A stretch of 64,000 nucleotides of DNA. Source: an uncultured Poribacteria bacterium (GTDB taxonomy: Bacteria > Poribacteria > WGA-4E > WGA-3G). A program made the translations under genes and the position numbers. The number at the start of each line of letters is the position of its first letter. Position 1 is the first letter of the stretch. The notes beneath the pieces are model-generated. The model was not told the DNA's origin and made no database searches. It was given only the letters and a program-made list of their open reading frames with translations. The stretch is from NCBI GenBank assembly GCA_951813565.1, contig OX638351.1:1824001-1888000 (forward strand). Direction: 5' to 3'. Shown piece after piece: positions 40,556-50,669 of this stretch.

Positions 40556-41503
40556 ATGACTGCTGCTGAATTTATTAACAAAAAAAAGAAGGACTGGGAT
40601 GAGTTAGAAGGGTTGTTGAGCTATCCGGGAAATGCGAATGCGGAAAGACTCAACCGGCTCGGCTATCTGTATCGGCGTATCACATCCGATTTAGCCGTAG
40701 CACGTCGCGATTTTCCACAGGACCGATGTGTTACATATTTAAATGAGTTGGCATCCCGTGCACATTCCACTGTCTACCAAGCCTCACCTCTGAAACGTGG
40801 TTCACTGTTGCAGTTTCTTCGTTATGGCTTTCCGCAAGTATTCCGAGAAAATATCTATTTTGTTGGTGCAGCCTTCCTGATGTTCACCATTGCGTTTGTA
40901 GGCACGTATTGGAGCGCCTTGAGAACCCCTGAATTTGCTGAGAAACTTGTTCCTGAAGACACCGTTGAACACATCAAACAGTTGGGGAGAGGTGCATGGA
41001 ATGACACAGCGGCAGAAAATAGAAATCTTTTTGCCTCCTTCGTAATGACAAACAACATTCGGGTTGCTTTTCTTGCATTCGCATGGGGCATCATGTTTAT
41101 GGTAGGTAGTGTTTATATTTTAGTTTACAATGGGATTCTCATCGGGGCTGTTGGGGGATTGTGCCATGTCAATGGCGTTGCGTTAGCACTCTGGTCATTT
41201 GCGTCCCCACACGGTTACATTGAACTGACAACGATTTTTATTGCTGGAGGTGCAGGCATGAAAATGGGGTATTCACTTATCGCGCCATCGGTATACAAGC
41301 GAAAACGTGCTTTGATAGATGCTGCCAGAACCGCTATTCAAATGCTTGGGGGTTGTGTTGTCTTGCTCATCGTGGCAGGGATGATTGAAGGATTTGTATC
41401 GCCATCTGATTTATCAAGCACTATCAAAATCGGTTTTGGTGCTGTAACAGGAGTCGTCCTGTTCACCTACCTTTTTGGCATGAAACCCGCTAAAACCAGC
41501 TAA
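40556..41503 (+). CDS. Stage II sporulation protein M-like (DUF95) membrane protein
   Basis: LYRRITSDLAVAR, YLNELA, TNNIRVAFLAF, PHGYIEL, AGMIEGFVSP. Confidence 0.9.
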   Translation: MTAAEFINKKKKDWDELEGLLSYPGNANAERLNRLGYLYRRITSDLAVARRDFPQDRCVTYLNELASRAHSTVYQASPLKRGSLLQFLRYGFPQVFRENIYFVGAAFLMFTIAFVGTYWSALRTPEFAEKLVPEDTVEHIKQLGRGAWNDTAAENRNLFASFVMTNNIRVAFLAFAWGIMFMVGSVYILVYNGILIGAVGGLCHVNGVALALWSFASPHGYIELTTIFIAGGAGMKMGYSLIAPSVYKRKRALIDAARTAIQMLGGCVVLLIVAGMIEGFVSPSDLSSTIKIGFGAVTGVVLFTYLFGMKPAKTS

Positions 41504-41557
41504 TCTTCTCACTATCTTTCTTGTAGGAGGTTCTGGTAGGTGGTTTCCTAACCGAAC

Positions 41558-41775
41558 CATAGGTGTCAATTTAGTGGGCAAATCCCGTCACACATTGTAG
41601 GGCCAAATCAACGCCAAATGCGCTTTTTGGCATTTGGCGGGGTCTCTGTGCCCCGCCATTGCTGATGTATTCAAACAACGGGCGGGCACAGAGACCCGCC
41701 CCTACAATCGGGTTACGGTGTTGTTTGGGTTAAAATGTGTGAAACCTAAAATAAATCCTTAAATTGACACCTATG
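41558..41775. mobile_element. MITE with CATAGGTGTCAA(T/C)TTA ends; copies at ~21805-22005, 36986-37141, 44646-44900 and 60523-60724
   Basis: cataggtgtcaattta ... taaattgacacctatg. Confidence 0.75.
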
Positions 41776-42129
41776 GTGCGGTTTTCTAAGCGCACCGGAC
41801 TTACTTGGTTGGTAACTACTCATCGGAAAGACATCTTTGTGGGAGCGCTTTGTCCGCGCGATTATCGGCGTTGAAAACGCCTCCCACAAGAGACAAACTT
41901 CGTTATAAACATCCTGCCTCTACCCGACCTGTGAACCATATTTTAGATTTTGCTTTTTATAGGGTAGGTGCGTTTGGTATTCAGTGCCTCCCGTTTGCGT
42001 ATTTTGCACGTAAAGTGCCTTAAGTTGACACCTATATATATGGCGAGGCACAGAGACCCCGCCCTACAACTGGAAAAGAGGCGCAATGAATTGCGCGACT
42101 ACAAACAGCGCAATTCTACCACATCAACC

Positions 42130-43485
42130 TTATATTTTAGACTTCGCCTTTAACTCCAAATATTTATTCACAACTGCCATTGTCAATTGATGTGCAGGCA
42201 CGTCAATCGTGATAACACCGTGACGTCGCAAAACCTCCAAAGTCGCGTGTTTCTCTTGCAATAACCGCTCAGCAATCGCTTTCTGATAGACAGAATTAGA
42301 ATTTGAAGACTGCTGCTCAGCCAATTCAACGATACCAGAATCTGTCAACGTAACGCAAACAACGAGGTGATGCTTGGAGAATTGTGCAACATAAGCGGCT
42401 ATTCCCTCCGCAGAATCTTTGTCAAAAATATCGGTAAAAAGTATGATGAGGGCACGTTTCCGCTGTTTTGAAGCAAGATAGGTGAAAGCCGATTCATAAT
42501 CCGGTTCTACCGGATGAACAGGCAGTGCGTAAATCGTTTCTAACATCGTCAGAAACTGTTTTTTTCCGGGTTTCGGTGCAAGATATTGGTGAACGGTATC
42601 CGCAAAAGCAATTAACCCAACCTTATCGCCTCTCAACGTTGAGACATGGGCAGCCATTAAAGTTGTGTTGATAGCGTAATCCAACTTTAGCATCGCCTTT
42701 TGCGATCTGGATTCTGCGTCAGGTATTTCAGATGATTCCAAAAGGATCGGTGAAGCCATCAGCCTACCGGTGTCTAACATAATCACAACATCTTGACTCC
42801 TTTCCGTCTCAAATTCTCGTACAATTGGTTTGCGGTGGCGTGCTGTAGCTTTCCAATCAACACGACGAAAGTCGTCATCAGGAGAATATTCGCGCAACCT
42901 TTCCATCTCTGTGCCTTCACCAAATTGCCGAGAGTTTTTTAGGCCCATCCGATGAAGCATCCCACGTTTTACTAAGAGTTCATACTGCCGCACCGCTTGT
43001 AGATTCGGATAAACCTTTATCTCTGTCTCTGCTGGCACACGACGTTGACGGATAACAAAACCTAATACGCCCAAACACCGCACATGAATATCACCAAACT
43101 GATAAATACCTCGCCGTAATGGTGTAAGATGATAAGACACCTCCGCGTCATCCATAGGTGAAACACGACAATCATAGGTTACTTTCTCATATAGAAATTC
43201 GTCAGGGAAGTCATCTTTGAGACGCACCCTTAGCGGATGGCGTGAACGGTTGATAATCTGTAACTTCACGACGTTCTCTGCCCCCAACGAAAATTTAGAA
43301 TTCATCACGCGGCTAATTTCTACTTTTTCAAATAAAGGGTTCGTAACATAATCGATGATACTGACGATAAATAACAACGCCAGATACGCGCCACCGATAA
43401 ATAACAGGTTCGGTGAGACAGTATAAAGCACAATCGGAATTGCTGTCGGAAGGAGAAAAATGAGGAAACGTCTGCTTATATGCAT
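42130..43485 (-). CDS. DUF58-domain protein
   Basis: RRGIYQFG, GEGTEMERLREY..DDFRRVDWKATAR, DTGRLM. Confidence 0.93.
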   Translation of the reverse strand: MHISRRFLIFLLPTAIPIVLYTVSPNLLFIGGAYLALLFIVSIIDYVTNPLFEKVEISRVMNSKFSLGAENVVKLQIINRSRHPLRVRLKDDFPDEFLYEKVTYDCRVSPMDDAEVSYHLTPLRRGIYQFGDIHVRCLGVLGFVIRQRRVPAETEIKVYPNLQAVRQYELLVKRGMLHRMGLKNSRQFGEGTEMERLREYSPDDDFRRVDWKATARHRKPIVREFETERSQDVVIMLDTGRLMASPILLESSEIPDAESRSQKAMLKLDYAINTTLMAAHVSTLRGDKVGLIAFADTVHQYLAPKPGKKQFLTMLETIYALPVHPVEPDYESAFTYLASKQRKRALIILFTDIFDKDSAEGIAAYVAQFSKHHLVVCVTLTDSGIVELAEQQSSNSNSVYQKAIAERLLQEKHATLEVLRRHGVITIDVPAHQLTMAVVNKYLELKAKSKI

Positions 43486-43490
43486 TTTTT

Positions 43491-44444
43491 TTAACGCGGA
43501 ATCTCTACCTCAGCGAGTAAGCGGTCAATCACATCGTCTGGGGTTAACCCTTCAATTTCAGCATCCGGTTTCAAAAGGATACGATGCCGATAGACGTGTG
43601 GCGCCAAATATTTCACATCGTCAGGTAGAATATAATCCCGTCCTTGTAACGCAGCATAAGTTTTGCTTGCTAACAAGAGGGCAATTGAGGCACGCGGACT
43701 CCCACCTAATACCAACTCATTTGACCTACGCGATGCTTCAGCTAAACCAATAATATAGTTTATGATTGAATCTTCTACTGTGACCGTCTGGATTTCCGCC
43801 TGACACTCTTGAAGCGATGTGCTATCAATCACGTTTTCGACTCCTACTGCTTCCAAGCGAGTGGCGTTGAACCCTTGGTGATAATTCATCAAAATTTGTG
43901 TCTCAACCTCTGGGCCAGGGTAATCCACGCGGAGCTTAAACAAAAATCGGTCGAGTTGTGCTTCGGGAAGTGGGTAAGTCCCCTCATATTCAATAGGATT
44001 TTGCGTTGCTAATACAATGAACGGCGCAGGGAGTTCGTGACGCACACCGTCAATGCTAACCTGCCGTTCTTCCATACATTCTAAAAGGGCGGATTGTGTT
44101 TTCGCAGGTGCGCGATTGATTTCATCTGCAAGTAGTACATTTGTGAAAACAGGACCGCGCTTTAGGTTGAATTGATTTGTCGTCAAGTCATAAACACTTG
44201 TACCAACAATATCAGACGGCATCAGGTCGGGGGTAAACTGAACACGACTGAACTGTCCGGAAACCACCATCGCTAACGTTTTAGCTATTAGTGTTTTTGC
44301 AGTGCCGGGAACGCCTTCTAATAGGATATGTCCACCTGAAAACAAACCTACGACCACAAGCTGAAAAAGTTCTGCCTGGCCGACAATAACTTTTTGCGCC
44401 TCTTGTTTCATTCTTTCAAAAGATGTTTGAACTAAGTTCTCCAT
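43491..44444 (-). CDS. moxR: MoxR-family AAA+ ATPase
   Basis: [46 protein letters not shown]. Confidence 0.95.
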   Translation of the reverse strand: MENLVQTSFERMKQEAQKVIVGQAELFQLVVVGLFSGGHILLEGVPGTAKTLIAKTLAMVVSGQFSRVQFTPDLMPSDIVGTSVYDLTTNQFNLKRGPVFTNVLLADEINRAPAKTQSALLECMEERQVSIDGVRHELPAPFIVLATQNPIEYEGTYPLPEAQLDRFLFKLRVDYPGPEVETQILMNYHQGFNATRLEAVGVENVIDSTSLQECQAEIQTVTVEDSIINYIIGLAEASRRSNELVLGGSPRASIALLLASKTYAALQGRDYILPDDVKYLAPHVYRHRILLKPDAEIEGLTPDDVIDRLLAEVEIPR

Positions 44445-44936
44445 AATTTATTGCCTTTTTATCCTCCATGCAGTATAGATGTAGGGAATCAACGCCAAAT
44501 ACGCTTTTTGGCATTTGGCGGAGTAGAGCGTAGCAAAATTTGATGGAACGCAATACTATACTCAAGGTAGGCGCGTCTTGTAAACGCGCCTACCGGGATT
44601 GTGGAACGTTAAGTTGATAGTTATCGGTTTCACATTGTTCAATCCATAGGTGTCAACTTAAGAAAAAAGTTGGATTTTCTTGTGGGAGGGAAACCTTGTC
44701 CGCCCGATTTTGCCAGACATAAGCCGTTAATCCAAATCAACGCTGAATACGCCAAATCAAGAAATCAACGGTATGAATCATGGCGAATGCCAAATCAACG
44801 CTGAATGCGCGTGTAGGCATTCAGCCAAATCAACGCAGCATGCCATACGCGCATGCTGCGTTGATTCACTCTCACAAGAAAATCTTCACTAAGTTGACAG
44901 TTGGGTTTCCCAAGCTCTATCCAACCTACGAGATAA

Positions 44937-46055
44937 CTACTTTGTCCTACCAATCTTTGATGTTTCCCGATATGCTTCAACCCGCTTCGCTATTTCAAGT
45001 AGTTGTGCCTCCGATATATTGCCAGATCGTTCAAGGTCTCGAACAAGATTTGTAAGATTTCCCTCTTCATCAACCGCGCCTCGCTGTGTCAATTCTTCCA
45101 GAAAAGTCGTCGTCCCTAAATTGGGATTGACACGCCAACGAATGCCTAAATCTGCCCTGAATCTGTCACGAATATGCCGTAAAATTTCCATGCGCGTGTT
45201 CGCTTTTTGATAGAGTCTTGTCATAGCGTAGACGTATTCAGAACTCAAACGTCTGTTATTTTCCCGCACATCCAACGGCTTTCCGAAACGTCTTCCTCGC
45301 AGTGTTAGAAAAAGAAAAAGAATAAGACATATATAAACAGCAGCTAAACCACCAGGCGTTTTGAACACAAGTGCGACAAACGAATCAGACGGTTTAGACT
45401 CATGCGTATAGTATCTACCTTCAGCAAGACCGATGCGGGCGTTGCGGGGGAGTGTTGACATCAGGTTGTAGAGAAGCGTTGCGTTGCCACTATTTCGCAA
45501 TCCGTCCTCGCTGAACAGATAAGCAGAAGTCGTGAAAAACACACGGCCTTCACCGTCGCGTAGTGTTACAACCACTCCGTTATTTCCTCTCCCGTAAAGC
45601 ATCGCGATATCTCGTTCAAAAGTTTCAATCACAAAATATGCCTGTACGTGAATTTCGTCGGCTGGATGTAATGGTAAAAAAGGTTCATCGCTAATTCTAT
45701 GTACGAATCCCAACCTATTCTCTAATCTACGCAATCTTAAGCCGAACGCTGCAACAAGTTCCGCCATCGCTTGATGGTTTCCACCACTCACGATTAAGGT
45801 GCCCCCGTCTCTAACGAAATCTTGAATCTTCTCAATCTCTGTCTCTAAAGGTGCTTTGTTAAGGTCTTGCAGAAACAACGCATCGTAACTTTTCAGACGG
45901 GACGGAAATTCTGTTGAAATTGCTGTGACACGAAACTTTAGTTTCCCCAAAATGAGATAAAGAACGCTTCCTTGTTCTAACGAATCACATGAAATTTGAG
46001 AACAGGTTAGTGTTATTAAAATCAAGATAAAAATAAGTCTCTGGAGAATTCGCAT
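44937..46055 (-). CDS. DUF4350-like membrane protein
   Basis: FVRDGGTL, GEGRV, TM helix then GRRFGKP...EYVYAMTRLY; conserved position upstream of MoxR. Confidence 0.7.
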   Translation of the reverse strand: MRILQRLIFILILITLTCSQISCDSLEQGSVLYLILGKLKFRVTAISTEFPSRLKSYDALFLQDLNKAPLETEIEKIQDFVRDGGTLIVSGGNHQAMAELVAAFGLRLRRLENRLGFVHRISDEPFLPLHPADEIHVQAYFVIETFERDIAMLYGRGNNGVVVTLRDGEGRVFFTTSAYLFSEDGLRNSGNATLLYNLMSTLPRNARIGLAEGRYYTHESKPSDSFVALVFKTPGGLAAVYICLILFLFLTLRGRRFGKPLDVRENNRRLSSEYVYAMTRLYQKANTRMEILRHIRDRFRADLGIRWRVNPNLGTTTFLEELTQRGAVDEEGNLTNLVRDLERSGNISEAQLLEIAKRVEAYRETSKIGRTK

Positions 46056-46065
46056 TTGTCTTCAC

Positions 46066-46701
46066 CTAGCCGCTATAGATTTTTTGTAACAAGTTTCGAT
46101 AACTCGCAACGGTTTCCGCGTCACAAGGTTTGTGCCCGTACCAAACCTCATCAAAAACTGAAACCGCTGGTCCAAGCGTTGCCTGTAGGTCAATATCTAC
46201 TGGTGATTGGTGAAGATACTCACGATTGGTGAGGCTTTTATCATAGGGAAGGATACCACGTTCTTGGAGATGCAAAATAGCAGAAAGATAAAGATAGCGA
46301 AGTGCGCCACGAAAATCATTAGATTCAACTGCTGTTTCAGCACGAGCAAGGGCAACTTTCTCTGTGTCCACATGATCTGCTGCTATTTCTGGTTCCTCGT
46401 CGCGAACTTCACGTATCAAGTTCCTCTGAATTTGCCTAATAAAAAAGACTACCACAATCCCAAGTGCTATGGCACAGAGCGGAAATAACACATACTCAAG
46501 CCTAAAGTGCCATTCAGGTTTAGGTTCTTTAGATTTAAAGAGTTTCGCTAAATCTTTTTGGTATTTTTCATAAGAAACCGTGGGTTCTGAACGTTTCGAC
46601 TTCAATTCATCGCGAAACACCTGTTCTTCTGCAGCTACTGCCATATACACAACAAGACTGGCGAAGCACACTATGACACAAAAGCAAATTCTTTTTTTCA
46701 C
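46066..46701 (-). CDS. DUF4129-domain membrane protein
   Basis: ALRYLYL, TNREY, FDEVWYG. Confidence 0.85.
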   Translation of the reverse strand: MKKRICFCVIVCFASLVVYMAVAAEEQVFRDELKSKRSEPTVSYEKYQKDLAKLFKSKEPKPEWHFRLEYVLFPLCAIALGIVVVFFIRQIQRNLIREVRDEEPEIAADHVDTEKVALARAETAVESNDFRGALRYLYLSAILHLQERGILPYDKSLTNREYLHQSPVDIDLQATLGPAVSVFDEVWYGHKPCDAETVASYRNLLQKIYSG

Positions 46702-46706
46702 TTTTA

Positions 46707-47843
46707 TTATGCCTCTTGTTTAGCCTCTGCAATATTCTCTACGTTTTCTAAGTAGAGACGCGTAGTTACAATCGCCCATACCGGAACTAAAAAAATAGTG
46801 ATTATAACTTTGACAATAAGGAGTAATACAGTAGGAAGAATGCCTGGTAGGTTTGGTAACTCTGCTGCCACATTTCCACCGATGAAAAGTGACAGAAATT
46901 TTAGCGGCGTTAACGCTTCTCGAATTGGGGCGAGTTCGGAGAAAAAGACTGAAAATAGTAATAATACTGCACCCAGCAGAACGGAGGTAAAAACAGCAGC
47001 GATCCATCCTGTCAAAAGATAAATCCACAAAAAACGTAGTCTTGCACTGCTGACCAGAGCGTGGCTGCGTCGAAAAATGTTTATCAAGGAGTTGTTCTCA
47101 AGGATTAGGCACGGATTGTAGAGACTTAACGTTACCAGAAAATAGATGTTCGCAAGCATTATCAAGATTGTAATTAACGTTGTGGACGACAATTCCATCA
47201 CTGAAGGAATCAATAATCCAAGTCCGAGAAAGATGTTTTTTACCACATCTACAATAAGTACAAATAACACAAACGCACCCAATAATTTAAACGTCTTCTT
47301 TCCTGTTTGTCGCCAAGCCTCACGCGCAGTTAGAGGGGGTGAATCTGAAGGAACATCAGACAATCGTGAATTGGGCGATAGCCGCGCAATAGCCAACGAT
47401 AGTGGGCAGAGTGTGAGTAACATGAGGATTTTTAGAGGCGTGTAGTCGTAGGTTTGGAAGTTAAGTGCCCATCCCCAAGAGGATTTGCTGTCGTTGTTGA
47501 TTGTACCCACCATCGGGACAGGAAAGAATTGCCAAATAACGGAAGGGAAGGACTTTGTATCCTTACCCCCATTTGGGGTAAAGTATTCAAGTGTTCTAAA
47601 GAAGTCAGGTATGGAGACCATAGGAATAATTCCATAGGTTGTGTTTAGTATTGCGGTTGCCCTGTAGTCAGGTTCATCATCATAATGCTTTTCAATGGCA
47701 TTGAAAGTACGAAAAAACATCGCAATATGTAATAAAATTGCGATAATAGCCACCGGTATCATAATACGCCAAAACAACCCAAAATTGTTACGATAGAGCG
47801 TCAAAGTTGTCGCTGCAAAATTAGCGCGTCGGTCATCAGCCAT
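46707..47843 (-). CDS. Multi-pass membrane protein, paralog 3
   Basis: LYRNNFGLFWRIMIP; ILENNSLINIFRRSHALV; similar to 32899-33930. Confidence 0.7.
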   Translation of the reverse strand: MADDRRANFAATTLTLYRNNFGLFWRIMIPVAIIAILLHIAMFFRTFNAIEKHYDDEPDYRATAILNTTYGIIPMVSIPDFFRTLEYFTPNGGKDTKSFPSVIWQFFPVPMVGTINNDSKSSWGWALNFQTYDYTPLKILMLLTLCPLSLAIARLSPNSRLSDVPSDSPPLTAREAWRQTGKKTFKLLGAFVLFVLIVDVVKNIFLGLGLLIPSVMELSSTTLITILIMLANIYFLVTLSLYNPCLILENNSLINIFRRSHALVSSARLRFLWIYLLTGWIAAVFTSVLLGAVLLLFSVFFSELAPIREALTPLKFLSLFIGGNVAAELPNLPGILPTVLLLIVKVIITIFLVPVWAIVTTRLYLENVENIAEAKQEA

Positions 47844-47884
47844 TTAGTTTCCTATGTAGATTCGGAGAAGTGAAGGTAAAGTTC

Positions 47885-48787
47885 TTAATTTGTAACCTGC
47901 ATCTCAATATCATAAGCTTCTTTGCGAATCCGCATGTCAAAGTAGAGAAGCGCTGAACCGACGGATCCAATCGGCATCAAGAGTGTTGAGATACTTAGTA
48001 TAAAAAAATTCCGGATTGTATAAGCGGTCCATCCAATATCCTTCGGCGTAGGAGCGAAAAAAAGACGGATTGTTTCCCAGAGAGTAGGTTCTTCTGCTAC
48101 GGTGGCACCAGTTATAGAAGAGAAGATTAGCAAGAAAGAGGTCTGCAGTATAAATCCTATCATAAAGGTGATAAGAAAAATTGCTAACATAATACCAAAA
48201 ACCCGCCACCAGTTACCTTTAACCAATTCAGTACTTCGCTTGAGTGCTTTTGTCGCTGAAGTTTTTTCAAATAGCACGGGAAGACTGTAAAGCCCCCATC
48301 GGACTCCAAAATAGATTGAAAATGGGATACCGATGATGGTTATAAACAAACCCAAAACAGCTAATATCCAGAGGAGCGCGCTACCACAAAGTGAAGCAAA
48401 ACGTTGTAATGTTTGTTGTAAAGCATCTCCGGCAGTAATATCTCTTTTTAAAAACGCATGTGCACTCGCAAAAATTAGTCCTCCGCCCACCAATACAGAC
48501 AGCAAAAATGAACCAAGAAGATAGACGAACAGTATTGTGAAACTGTATTCCATCCCGCGCTCAATCGTAAAATACATATAAATTTGATCTATACAAAAAC
48601 CTACCACGAGATAAACGACTGCGATTCCCATAAACAAGCGGAAGTGACTCCGATAGAGCGTAAACATCCCATCCAGAATATCTGTGAAACTCATGGGTTG
48701 CATAGCGGGAGTGGCAGTTTGGCTGTTATTTTCAGGTGCTAAATCAGTGTGTTCTTGCATTATTGCCTCGCTTCTGAGAGAACTCAT
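47885..48787 (-). CDS. Multi-pass membrane protein (GPDPase membrane-domain-like), paralog 4
   Basis: PMSFTDILDGMFTLYRSHF; ALKRSTELVKGNWWR; LLYFDMRIRKEAYDIE. Confidence 0.8.
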   Translation of the reverse strand: MSSLRSEAIMQEHTDLAPENNSQTATPAMQPMSFTDILDGMFTLYRSHFRLFMGIAVVYLVVGFCIDQIYMYFTIERGMEYSFTILFVYLLGSFLLSVLVGGGLIFASAHAFLKRDITAGDALQQTLQRFASLCGSALLWILAVLGLFITIIGIPFSIYFGVRWGLYSLPVLFEKTSATKALKRSTELVKGNWWRVFGIMLAIFLITFMIGFILQTSFLLIFSSITGATVAEEPTLWETIRLFFAPTPKDIGWTAYTIRNFFILSISTLLMPIGSVGSALLYFDMRIRKEAYDIEMQVTN

Positions 48788-48895
48788 TGATATTGATTAG
48801 TTTATCTCATTTTGGGTTTTATTTCAAGACAATAGGATTTTCAGGTTATCAGTAGGATTTGAAAGTTGATAGCTGAGAATGTGTAAGAGCTCTAT

Positions 48896-49152
48896 CTAAT
48901 AGATGCTGCTACGGTGTCCAACTTTATGCACAACAATCTCGCGGATTTGTCTATCAAAAGCATAAAGGATTCGGTAATCCTTAGCCACCTTTAAACTATA
49001 TTTCCCTCTGTGTGTCCCTTCAGTGCCTTATGCGGAAAATCATCACAAATTTGGGATAATCGCTGAAGTTTGTTGAGGCTTCGTGCGTGGATTGGCGGAC
49101 TCAAACGCTGTAAATCTGATTCAGCGCGTGGCGTTATTGTTAATCTGTACAT
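48896..49152 (-). pseudogene. relE: RelE/ParE-family toxin pseudogene (two frameshifts)
   Basis: MYRLTITPRAESDLQRL...HKALKG / GKYSLKVAKDYRILYAFD / HKVGHRSSIY lie in successive frames; start overlaps the upstream gene. Confidence 0.8.
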
Positions 49153-49823
49153 TTCAACTCAACCCCGAGTTCCTCTGCCACCTCCTCAAGCGACCTCCTT
49201 TTAACTTTTCCAGATTCGTAATCAGCAACACTGCGATTTACTTCTTCAGCAACTTTTAGAGATATATCAAGTCTCTCATCGGGATCGTACTCATAACTCT
49301 CTAAAAACTGTTCCAATTCCAGATGGCACACGAAAAATTCATAAAACGCTGATTGCAACTGCACATGGTTTACACGCGATGCGGGTTCTTTTATCAACTT
49401 AACCACTTGTTCCCGTGAGGCAAATAGTTCTGAATTCACGAGTGTCTCCGTTAGTGCAAGGAAGTCATTATCAGATAAATCTGCTACCTTTATTGTTGGT
49501 ACAGGCTTGTTAGGAGTCCCTCCGAACCTCCGCATCTGACGTCCTATAGGTAAAGTTTTCCGCTCAGCTTCTATTGCTGCCACACGTTGTTTCAGATGTC
49601 CAAATTCTTCGGATCCTTCCAAAACCTTAAGCACACACGCTTCCTGTGCATCTAACTCAAATGCCAGATCATAAGAATAAGATTCGAAAAATTCTCGGAA
49701 GCCTTCTGCCAAAGTTTCACGGTCAGCATTCTGTGCAAGCAAAGCAGTAAGTTTATCGCGATCAGTAAATAGGGACTCGTTCACAATTAGGCGTAGCCAG
49801 TCGCGGAATTGCGCGGGAGTCAT
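49140..49823 (-). CDS. Hypothetical protein with internal repeat and antitoxin-like C-terminus
   Basis: C-terminal SVADYESGKVKRRSLEEVAEELG; overlaps the start of the RelE pseudogene. Confidence 0.6.
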   Translation of the reverse strand: MTPAQFRDWLRLIVNESLFTDRDKLTALLAQNADRETLAEGFREFFESYSYDLAFELDAQEACVLKVLEGSEEFGHLKQRVAAIEAERKTLPIGRQMRRFGGTPNKPVPTIKVADLSDNDFLALTETLVNSELFASREQVVKLIKEPASRVNHVQLQSAFYEFFVCHLELEQFLESYEYDPDERLDISLKVAEEVNRSVADYESGKVKRRSLEEVAEELGVELKCTD

Positions 49824-50080
49824 GTCTGTTAAGGAGAGTTTTGTTTTATTTGGGTCATTGGAGTTTTCTTTATAGTAAATTATGTAAATAAGTTCACATA
49901 TATTCTGTAGGAGCGATCTCCGAATCGCGATGAAACCACTGTTAGTCGGGAATCGGAGTTCCCTCGGACAGCTCAGATGTCCAGTTAATTGTAGAATCCA
50001 CTATAATAGACATTATAACGTTTTAATTGTCCGTAGTTTTTGGTCTTTCATAAAATCTTTTGTATCCAATAATGCGTGAA

Positions 50081-50316
50081 TCATCCGTATTTTTTTAAAC
50101 GCTCCTCTTCAATAATCTTTTTACATTCTTCGTCAGTAGGCGGCGGGGCATCTGTTTTCAAAATTCCGATTACCTCATCTAATGACATAGTTTGCGCTGG
50201 TTTTAGAGGTCGCGCGGGGTCACAGTTTCTAAAATTCGACGAGCGAGGTCAATGCGCATCTCCATATCCCAAGTTCACACACGATCAAGCACTTCAGACA
50301 TCTCTTTAGTATTCAT
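50081..50316 (-). pseudogene. Degraded paralog of the 51222-51455 antitoxin-like gene, followed by a truncated PIN-like start (MIHALLDT)
   Basis: MNTKEMSEVLDRV*TWDMEMRIDLARRILETV, frameshift, then ...APPPTDEECKKII. Confidence 0.75.
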
Positions 50317-50459
50317 AATCTAATCTCCGGACGATCATCGGATATATAAAAGGCGATTGCTTGTCCGAAATGATTTGGACATGAGAAGCAATCGCCCAAT
50401 TTGTGTTCTTATGATACTGCAAAGCCTGAGGTTTTGTCCTAAACCCTATTCATCTTACG

Positions 50460-50669
50460 TCAATCGGCAGCATTGGATTTCTCTTTTTCAACCTCACGTT
50501 CCTTCTCAATTTCCTGCACAATCGTATCAATATCTGGATCGGGGAAATTATATCGGTCAACGGTATAATCGTCTTTTCCATCTTTATAATTTAAGAGTTC
50601 ATCCAAAAGTTTCACAAGCTCAGGATGCCGTTGGCGGAGTTCATTCAGTTTTCTATTAAGACTGTTCAT
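50460..50669 (-). CDS. Small protein, putative antitoxin
   Basis: Overlaps the PIN gene stop; GKDDYTVDR motif. Confidence 0.5.
   Translation of the reverse strand: MNSLNRKLNELRQRHPELVKLLDELLNYKDGKDDYTVDRYNFPDPDIDTIVQEIEKEREVEKEKSNAAD

Noticed and set aside
50275..50277. In-frame TGA as a second selenocysteine
   Set aside because: The paralog has Arg (AGA) here, not Cys, and the gene is also frameshifted
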